A stretch of 58,266 bases of DNA, from positions 16,922,255 to 16,980,520 of the forward strand of contig NC_069003.1 in assembly GCF_001194135.2 (NCBI RefSeq), given 5' to 3'. The stretch's first letter is position 1, and the number at the start of each line of letters is the position of its first letter. This stretch comes from Octopus bimaculoides. Lineage: Eukaryota. Shown one piece after another: positions 49,928 through 58,266 of the stretch. Below the pieces are notes generated by a model that saw only the letters and a list, made by a program, of their open reading frames with translations, was not told the DNA's origin and ran no database searches. The position numbers and the translations under genes are program-made.

Positions 49928-50033
49928 CTCATACCTTGTCTTTAGAACACTGATTGGGTGCATGATGGCTACTGTGAGGGTACGAGCAGCAGCACCAATT
50001 GACAAAGATTCTATAATTGTTGGGGCATCAGAC
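49928..50033 (-). CDS. SLC25A38: SLC25A38-like exon (G-SDAPTIIESLSIGAAARTLTVAIMHPISVLKTRYE), 106 nt, phase 2/0
   Basis: Acceptor tttcttgaaatgcag and donor gtaagt; PxxVxKTRYE as in SLC25A38 repeat 2. Confidence 0.95.
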
Positions 50034-51329
50034 CTGCATTTCAAGAAAGACAAAAAAAAAACACCTATTGAATACAGGCCTGCCCTAACAGGGCTAACCT
50101 GGGTTTAAATAACACCAATTTATTAATGGGAAGAGAGGATTGAAACTGAGAGATGCTGACCAAAATGACAAAACAGATATATGGTGTTGTTGTCTAGTCC
50201 TTGAGTTAACTTTCAGGTCAAGCAGAATCTATGACCAAAGATGTTCCAGCCATGTCCATCCAATCAGTTTTACCACATACACCTTTCCTGTTCCTTATTC
50301 CATTTCTTTCTCTTTTCAAATGGAGAAGCCATGTATTCATCTCTTCAGCAAGACACCTGCTTCTGTCCCTCTATCATACTTTCATATCCATCAATACTAT
50401 ACCCCACTCAGTAGGGGATGGGGGTCTTGTCTTGAGAGCACTTGGTGACCTCACTAGTGCTGGTGCTATGAAAAAAAGCACCCAGTACACTCCATGAAAT
50501 GGTTGACATTGGGAAGAGTACCAAGGTGTAGAAACCAAGCTAAAACAGACATTGGAGCTTGGTAGAGCCCTCTGTCCAACCCATGCCAGCATGGAAAAGG
50601 GGATGTTAAATGATAATCATGATGATGATAGTATAACTGGGGCTGTATTTTGTAATGTGTCCTTCCACTTTTTAAAGAACTAGATTGTATGATTTGAGGA
50701 ACATTTGGTTGCTATTTCTAGGAGGTTGAACAAACACTTAGATGTAGCCTTGCTGGCTGTTATGTTGAGATCATATCATTAGAGAGAGAAAGATAGAGGG
50801 GATTTAAAAAGTTGCCAAGACACATGGAATATAAGTAGGAAGAATAAAAAAGAAAACAGTTTCAAATATAAACACAACTATACAGATCAAATGGTTTCTA
50901 AATGTGCCAGTGCCACATAAGAAGCACCCATACCAGTGCCATGTAAAAAGCATCCATGCTGGTTTCATGTAAAAAACACCTGTGCTGGTGCCATGTACAA
51001 AGTACTGGTACTGGTGCCCAGTACATTGTAAAATGGTTGGCATTATGAAGGGCATCCAGCTGTAGAAATCATGCCAAAACAGACAATTGGAGCCTGGTGT
51101 AGTCAGTTCAACAAACTGTCAAACTCATGCCAGCATGGAAAATGGATGCTAAATGATGATGATGATGATGATATACACACATACATGTAAACTGAGAAAG
51201 TTTGTATGTGCAAGTGTATATTCATATAGAGCCATACATCCATATTCTCATACACAGACAACAGTTTGGACAAGTGTCATCTACAACAGCCCCAGACAAA
51301 CAGAAACTGCACGGAAACCCAAAGTATAT

Positions 51330-53040
51330 CATCATCATTTAACGTCCATTTTCCAAGCTGGCATGGGTTGGATGGTTTGACTGAAAACTGGTAAGCTGGA
51401 GAGGTGCACTAGGTTTCAATCTGATCTGGCAGATCAGATTGACATTCAATCTAATGTCAACCACTCCAAGAGTAGTATAGTGGATACTTCTTATGTGCCA
51501 ATAGCATGGGTGCCAGTTACATAGCACCGGCATTGGCCATGATTACAATCTCGCTTGGCTTGACAGGTCATCTCAAGCACGGTAGATTGCCAAAGGTCTT
51601 GGTCACTTTTCACTGCCTCTGTGAGGCCCAACATTCAAATGATGCTTCGTATGTACCACCAGCATGGGTACCAGTTACACAACACTGGCATTGGTCACAA
51701 CTACAATTTCACTTTGCTTGACGAGTCTTAAGCACAGCATATTGCTCAAAATTCAAGGATGCTTTTTATGTGCTAGTTACACGTCACTGGCATCGGCCAT
51801 GACTACAATCTCACTTGGCTTGATGGCTCTTCTCAAGCATGGCATATCACCAAAGGTCTTGGTTATTTGTCATTGCTTCCATGAGGCCCAACATTTGAAG
51901 ATAATGCTTCACCTTGTCCCATGTCTTCCTAGGTCTACCTCTTCCACAGGTTCTCTCCACCATTAGAGTTCAGCACTTCTTCACGCAACTGCCCTCATCC
52001 ATACACATCACATGATCATACCAGCACAGTCATCTCTCTTGCACACCACAATTCATGCCTCTTATGTTCAACTTTTCTCTCAAGACACTTATATTCTGTT
52101 GTGCATGCACACTGATATTACACATCTAGTGAAGCATACTAGCTTCATTTCTTTCAAGCCTAAGCATGTCCTCAGCAGTCACAGACTGTGTTTCACTACC
52201 GTGTAGCATGGCTGTTTGTACACAGGCATCATATAATCTGCCTTTCACTCTGAGGGAGAGGCTCTTAGTTACCAACTGAGTTAGGAGCCCTCTGAACTTT
52301 GCCAAGCCTATTCTTATTCTAGCAGCTATGCTCTTGGAGCATTCATCCCCACAACTGGCTTCGTCATTTAGGTAACGGAAGCTATCAACTACTTCTAGTT
52401 TCTTCCCATGGCATTTGATGGAGTCTATTTTCTATACATTTTTAGTGTTAACTGTACCTGTGCACCTTCCACACACAAAAACTAGTTTCCATATTAACCT
52501 TCCTCTGATATTGCAGCACCTCTTATGTGTCCATAACTTACACTGGGTACGTCTTATAGAGTTTCTACCTACGCATTTTCTACAGATTGAGCAGAGCCAT
52601 CTACCTGAAGGGATTTGTGATTTGTCTGCTCTTCTACATACTAAGACTTTGGATTTTGCTAGATTAACCCTAAGGCCCTTTGATTCTAGACCTTGCTTCC
52701 ATATCTGAAATTTCTTCTCTAGTTCTGGTAATGATTCGGCTAAAAGAACAAGGTCATCAGCATAGAGAAGCTGCCAGGGGCAGCCCATCTTAAATCCCTC
52801 TGTCATTGCCTGGAGGGTTATGATGAACAAGAGGGGGCTGAGGACTGATCCTTGGCGAACCCCTACTTATACCCTAAATTCATCACTATACTTGTTGCTA
52901 ATCTTCACTTGTCTAACAGCATCCCTGTACATGGCTTGTAAAGCCCTCACCAACCACTTGCCTATCCCTAGCTTCCCCATTAACCACCAGATCAGGAGTG
53001 GGAGACTCTGTCCAAGGCTTTCTCCATGTCAACAAAAGCT
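51330..53040 (-). mobile_element. RTE LINE RT-to-3' fragment
   Basis: LLYADDLVLLAES, PHD-like CSICRKCVGRNSIRRTQCKLWTHKRC, and (GAT)n tail at ~51330. Confidence 0.85.
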
Positions 53041-53994
53041 AGGTATAGGGGTGTAGTGAAATGTGTTGTTGATGGATCAATTTAAGTTGTCAGGTGTAGT
53101 AGATGATGCAAAGTGTGTTGGAACGACATTGAAGGAAAACAATAAAGAAAGATTAGGAATGTAGTCTACATTATTTATTTGGTCACAGTTGCATTTACTT
53201 TGTTGGATACTTGAAACAAATATGCCGCTACATAATGTAGCCAACTACTTTGAGTTGGTGAAGTAAAAAGCAGAGGAAAGAGAATGTTGATGGGACAAGA
53301 TATACAAAGACATATTTTGTGTGTGTTCATCATTCGGTTGTGTTATGTTGTTTCTTTATCTTCTCTGTTTTGTGGTCTGCAACTGCTAACTGTTGTGTCC
53401 TTAGCTCACTCTGCTAGCTGTCTGGTCACTGCTGGTTAACTGGCGTGCGTCTACAGGATATCATATTTATAATGGCCTCTTCTAGCTAGAAGGATGGATA
53501 TACTATTATAAGAGTGGCTTGTACCTATTTAGGTCACTTGTTGTCCATCTGAACTTTCTGAGACAGAGCCAAGGTTGGAGGCCAAATGGAAACTCATCCA
53601 TCAATTTTTGACAGGACAATGAAATTTTTAATGTCTGGTTAGCAGTGGATCAGGCAAGTGAAAATCTTTAGGATTGGTTTCAAATCTCAGCCTTGAAAAT
53701 AAAATGTAGTTTCCACAGGGGTACATTTTTGGCTAGATATTTCTCCTGCAGTTACCTGCCTACATGTGGTAGATGAAATTCACTGAGGCAGACAATTTCT
53801 ATGGCCAGATACCCTTCCTGTCACCAACCTTAAATTGTTTACAAGTATAGTAATATTTCTCTTTGACCAGATCTGTTTTCATGGAAAATTAGGAACAAAT
53901 AAGTGATACTTATTTACAACTATCGGGTTATGTCAAGTCAAATACAGACACACACATAGACATGTGTGTATGTGGAGGGGTGGGTCTGTATCTT

Positions 53995-54285
53995 TCTTTT
54001 ATCTTTTGCTTGTTTCAATCAATTGACTGCAGCCATGCTGGGGCACCACCAAGAAGAATTTCAGTTGAGTGAAACTTCTAAGTTATGAGAACATAAACAC
54101 ACCAAGACTGGTGGGGGAAAACACAAAGACACAAACATACATATATGATGGGCTTCTTTCAGTTTCCATCTACTAAACCTCCTTGCAAGGTTTTGGTCAT
54201 CCCTCAAGGCTATAGTAAAAACACTTGCCCAAGGTCGCACACAATAGGACTGAACCCAGAACTGAGATTGGAAAGCACAGCCATA
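53995..54285 (-). mobile_element. SINE family A, decayed
   Basis: gggcttctttcagtttccatctac...cacttgcccaagg body shared with other copies. Confidence 0.7.
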
Positions 54286-54341
54286 ACCCAAAGAAAACTA
54301 ATTTCAGTCAAACAAAATGGAATAAGTGAAAATATACTTAC

Positions 54342-54412
54342 CCCAGGTAGGTTTTAAATGAATAGAGCAGTGAGAAATAGATACCAATGCCAGGCACACA
54401 TCTTGTAACAGT
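54342..54412 (-). CDS. SLC25A38: SLC25A38-like exon (TVTRCVPGIGIYFSLLYSFKTYL-G), 71 nt, phase 0/2; most 5' exon found in the window
   Basis: Acceptor (att)n-tttcag and donor gtaagt; RCVPGxGIYF is diagnostic. Confidence 0.95.
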
Positions 54413-54444
54413 CTGAAATAATAATAATAATAATAATAATAATA

Positions 54445-55785
54445 TTTTAAAAAGGATTGACGAAGGTAAATAGTCAAGATGAAGAGCGCGATTCGATTGT
54501 ATAAATGTTTTATTCGTTGAACAATATTTCGACAGTACGTCTGTCTTTGTCAAGTTCAAAACAAAAGGTGATTAAAAATTCAAAATTTCAGAAATCTAAA
54601 CGTAAAATATGAACGAGAGCAACCAGCGTCCATACGTTGATGGAATGACATCATCNNNNNNNNNNNNNNNNNNNNNNNNNNNNNNNNNNNNNNNNNNNNN
54701 NNNNNNNNNNNNNNNNNNNNNNNNNNNNNNNNNNNNNNNNNNNNNNNNNNNNNNNNNNNNNNNNNNNNNNNNNNNNNNNNNNNNNNNNNNNNNNNNNNNN
54801 NNNNNNNNNNNNNNNNNNNNNNNNNNNNNNNNNNNNNNNNNNNNNNNNNNNNNNNNNNNNNNNNNNNNNAAATTGCAGTCGCTTGAAATGAAATGTTCAG
54901 CACATTCTGTTGAACTACTGTTCTTGTGCCTGACGTCGAATTTGTGCCCATTAAACCTTTTGTTTAATTGTTCTGTTGTACAACCAACATAAATCCAGTT
55001 GTGTTTCGTGCATTCTGCAGCGTACACTAAATGGGAATCTTTACAGGTTCCCCCTTCTGTATAAATCATAACATTTCTGTTATGATTTCTGATGGAATTC
55101 ACTTCACTCATGTTGTTGCACAATGAACAGGGCTTACTTCTCTTGCGGCTATTCTTTAAGGTACAGCGTGCAGATACTCCAATGTTTGTTTCCTTGGAGT
55201 CAGATATAGAGGTCAATAATTCTTTTATGCTCTTATTCCGTCAAAAGGCTACAATGGGCGGCTGAGGAAATATCTGTTTTAAACTGGGATATTTTTTCGC
55301 CACATGCTGGTAACTTTCATGCAACACTTTTGAAATGCCAGCGAAACGTCAGTGCCAGCTAATCACTAAAGGAATTCTATCATCTATTGTATTTTGTTTG
55401 CTAAGATTATGCGTGTAGGTTTGACTATCTTTGCTAATCTTAGCTATTTCATTTGCTATTTCCATTAAACGTGATTCACTGTAACCTCGTTTGACATAAT
55501 GACATACAAAAGCATTTGCATGTTTCCAGTAATCCCCTATGTCAGTACAAATCTGTTATCCTCAAAAATTGGGATTTTGGATATGACCGAATAAGATGAT
55601 GTGGATGATCGGAGCGGTGGTGGAGATAAAAAAATCAGATATAGAGGTCAATAATTCTCTAAAAAAAAAAAAGAAATGGAGGAAAACAATTTTGTTGGTA
55701 AGGCTGAATCTAGGATTTTAAGGTCAGAAAGAAGAACACCTGTATTTTATGGTCTCCCTAAAATACACAAAAAGTTCGAAAGACA
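54445..55785 (-). mobile_element. Penelope-like element (3' portion, N gap) with an inverted RT-N-terminal piece at 55660-55785
   Basis: Minus: RIPLVISW...IFPQPPIVAF, CSLC, GIY-YIG LVYAAECTKHNWIYVGCT..LNKRFNGH. Plus: PVFYGLPKIHK. Boundaries are approximate. Confidence 0.85.
54517..54559 (-). ncRNA. Putative minimal type-I hammerhead ribozyme (U3-A8 core variant) in PLE pseudo-LTR
   Basis: UUGAAC-UUGACAA-A-GACAG(ACGUA)CUGUC-GAAA-UA-UU/GUUCAA: 6-bp helix I, 5-bp helix II, minimal palindromic helix III. Confidence 0.75.
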
Positions 55786-55789
55786 TGGA

Positions 55790-57590
55790 AGGAGGACATT
55801 AAACAATGATGATGATGAAGACTATCAGGGAAAATTGTGATGTTGGAGAGAAGTGTGTTTGCATGGACGAAAGTTCACTTGCAGTTAGTGACTCTGTCAG
55901 GAAAGAGGCTTGGAAGTGCCACTATGAAAGGCTACTAAATGTGCAGAACTCATGGGAGAAGGAGAGTCTGCCTATGGTGAATCCAACAGAGGCACAAACA
56001 ATCCAAATAGACAGTAGCTTGATAGATAAAGCCAAGAAGGATATGAAGACTGGGAAAACCCTCAGCCCATCGGGAGTCACCGCTGAGATGCTTAAAACAT
56101 TTGGCAGTGTGGGTTATGGTCTAGTCAAGTGTACAGTTAATCAGGTTGTACACTAGGAAGTCATAACCAATGATTGATGTAGCAGCACCATAGTCAACTG
56201 CTACAAAAGTAAAGGTGATAGAGAGATGATGGCCTTCGACAGGGACCCCCACTCCCTCATTTGGTGGTCAATGTGGAAACTAGGGATAGATTGGTGGTTG
56301 GTGAGAGCTGTACAAGCCATGTAAAGGGATGCTATCAGTAAGGTGAGGGTTGGCAACAAATATAGTGATGAATTCTGAGGACAAGTAGAGGTTCACTAAA
56401 GATCAGTCCTTAGCCTCCTCTTGTTCATCATAGTCCCCCAGGCAATATCAGGAATTTAAGTCAGGCTGCCTCTGGAAGCTCCTCAATGATAATGATCTTG
56501 TTCTTATAACTGAATTAATACAAGAACTAAAGAAATTTCAGGTGTAGAAACAAGGTCTAGAATCAAAGGGCCTTAGATTTAATTTAGCAAAAACCAAAGT
56601 CTTAGTAAGTAGGACAGCGGACAAATCACAAATAGCTTCAGGTAGATGGCCCTAGAAAAGGCATAGGTAGAAACTCTATAACATGCACCTGGTTCAAGCT
56701 ATGGACATATAAGAGATGCATCAATATCAGAGGAATATAGTCTTTGTGTGTATCAGATGCACAGGTACAATAAACACTAGAAATGTAAAGAAAACAGATT
56801 TCATCAAATGCCAGGCGGGGAAAACTAGAAGTAGTTGATAGCTTCTGTTATCTGGGTGACCAAATCAGCAGCAGAGATGGATGCTCAGATAGTGTAGCTG
56901 TTAGAATAAGAATAGGCTGGGCAAAGTTCAGAGAGCTTTTACCTTTGTTGGTAACTAAGGGTCTCTCCCTCAGAGTGAAAGGCTGACTGTATGATGCCTG
57001 TGTGTTAACAGCCATGCTACACAGCAGTAAAACATGGGCTGTGATCACTGAGGATGTGCGTAAGCTTGAAAGAAATGAAGCTAGTATGCTTCGCTAGATG
57101 TGCAATGTCAGTGTGCATGTATGACAGAGTGTAAACATCTCAAGGCATCAGATGTGGTGTGCAAGAGAGATGACTGCACTGGTATGGTCATGGATGAGGT
57201 GGCTGTGTAAAAAAGTGCTGATCTCTAACCGTGGAAGTGATAGACCCAGAAAGACATGGGACAAGGTTGTGAAGCATGATCTTCAAATGTTGGGCCTCAT
57301 GGAGGCAATGACAAGTGACCAAGACCTTTTGTGATATGCTGTGCTTGAGAAAACTCATCAAGCCAAGTGAAATCATAATCATGCCCGATGATGGTGAAAC
57401 ATAACTGGACTTGTGCTAGTGGAACATAAAAAGCACCTATTACACTCTTGGAGTGGTTAGCATTAAGAAGGACATCGAGCCATAGAAACGATGCCAAATC
57501 AGACTGGAACCTGGTGCAGTTCTCTGGCTTACCAGTTCCAGTCAAACTATCTAACCCATGCCAACATGGAAAGCAGATGCTAAACAATGA
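55790..57590 (+). mobile_element. RTE LINE RT region to 3' tail, decayed with deletions
   Basis: RKEAWKCHYERLLNV, DMKTGK..PSGVTAEMLK, FCYLGDQIS, (GAT)n tail at ~57590. Confidence 0.85.
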
Positions 57591-57814
57591 TGATGAAGAG
57601 ATGAGTGTGTGCATATCACCATCATCGTTTAATGTCTGCTTTCCATGCTGGCATGGGTTAGATGGTTAGACATGGAGCTGGCCAGCTGAAAGTTGTCAGA
57701 TTCCAATTGTCAGTTCTGGCATGATTTCTATGGCTGGGTGCCCTTCCTAATGCCAACCACTTAACAGAATGTACTGGGTGCTTTTTACAAGCCACCAGCA
57801 CAATATATTCTGTT

Positions 57815-58010
57815 ATTCTTTTACTTGTTTCAGTCATTTGACTGTGGCCTTAAAGGGTTTTAGTTGAAGAAATTGATCCCAGGACTTGTTCTTTGTAAGC
57901 CTAGTACTTATTCTATCGTACTCTTTTTGCCGCGAACCGCTAATTTATGGGAACCGAAACACATCAGCATCAGTTGTCAAGTGATGGCAGGAGGATAAAC
58001 ACAGACACAT
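57815..58010 (-). mobile_element. SINE family A 3' half
   Basis: ttttacttgtttcagtcatttgactg...aagcctagtacttattctatcg. Confidence 0.75.
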
Positions 58011-58019
58011 AAATATATA

Positions 58020-58266
58020 TATGTAGAAACTCTATAAGATGTACCCAGTGTAAGCTATGGACACATAAGAGGTGCAGCAATATCAAAGGCAGGTTAAGTA
58101 GGAAGTTAGTTTTTGTATGTGGCAGATGTTCAGGTGCAATAAACACTGTACATGTGCAGAAAACAACTTCTGTCTCATTCCAGGGAGAAAAACTAGAAGT
58201 AGTTGATAGCTTCCGCTATCTGGGTGACCAAGTTAGTAGTGGGAGTGGGTGCACTGAAAGTGTAGC
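58020..58266 (+). mobile_element. RTE LINE fragment running off the window edge
   Basis: CTQCKLWTHKRCSNIKG...KLEVVDSFRYLGDQVS. Confidence 0.85.

Noticed and set aside
53050-53420. LTR-like ends (tgtagtg; gctaca-taa-tgtagc)
   Set aside because: No consistent boundaries, TSD or PBS.
55255-55355. CTGAGGA and GAAACGTC motifs suggesting a hammerhead
   Set aside because: The pieces do not assemble into one fold, and the region is PLE coding sequence on the other strand.
1-58266. CRISPR arrays, rRNA or genuine tRNA genes
   Set aside because: None seen; all tRNA-like segments are SINE heads or a PBS.

Overview
AT-rich eukaryotic, repeat-saturated 58 kb window with seven N gaps. SINE/LINE content points to an octopus (inference). 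One host gene is supportable: the 3' seven coding exons of a minus-strand SLC25A38-like mitochondrial glycine carrier (54412 down to stop at 26038). All junctions are GT-AG and phase-consistent; the exons total 636 nt, giving 211 aa plus stop. The 5' exons are not in the window and probably lie beyond its right edge. Almost everything else is mobile DNA: many RTE LINE fragments, R4/Dong, Tx1, R2/Hero-like and Penelope-like (PLE) elements, LTR remnants, tRNA-derived SINEs, a Helitron, mariner, a DD36E Tc1, hAT-Buster, a Chapaev3-like element and a ~512-bp tandem repeat. The main highlight is PLE-borne minimal hammerhead ribozyme motifs on the sense strand of the SLC25A38 introns. The best one (54517-54559) has fully paired helices and a U3-A8 core variant, about 110 nt upstream of a splice acceptor whose pyrimidine tract is an (ATT)n microsatellite. 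Other points of interest are a TSD-resolved RTE>PLE>Helitron nest, an over-long tRNA-Trp primer-binding site and a 117-bp intronic palindrome. All family calls come from manual motif recognition; no searches were run.
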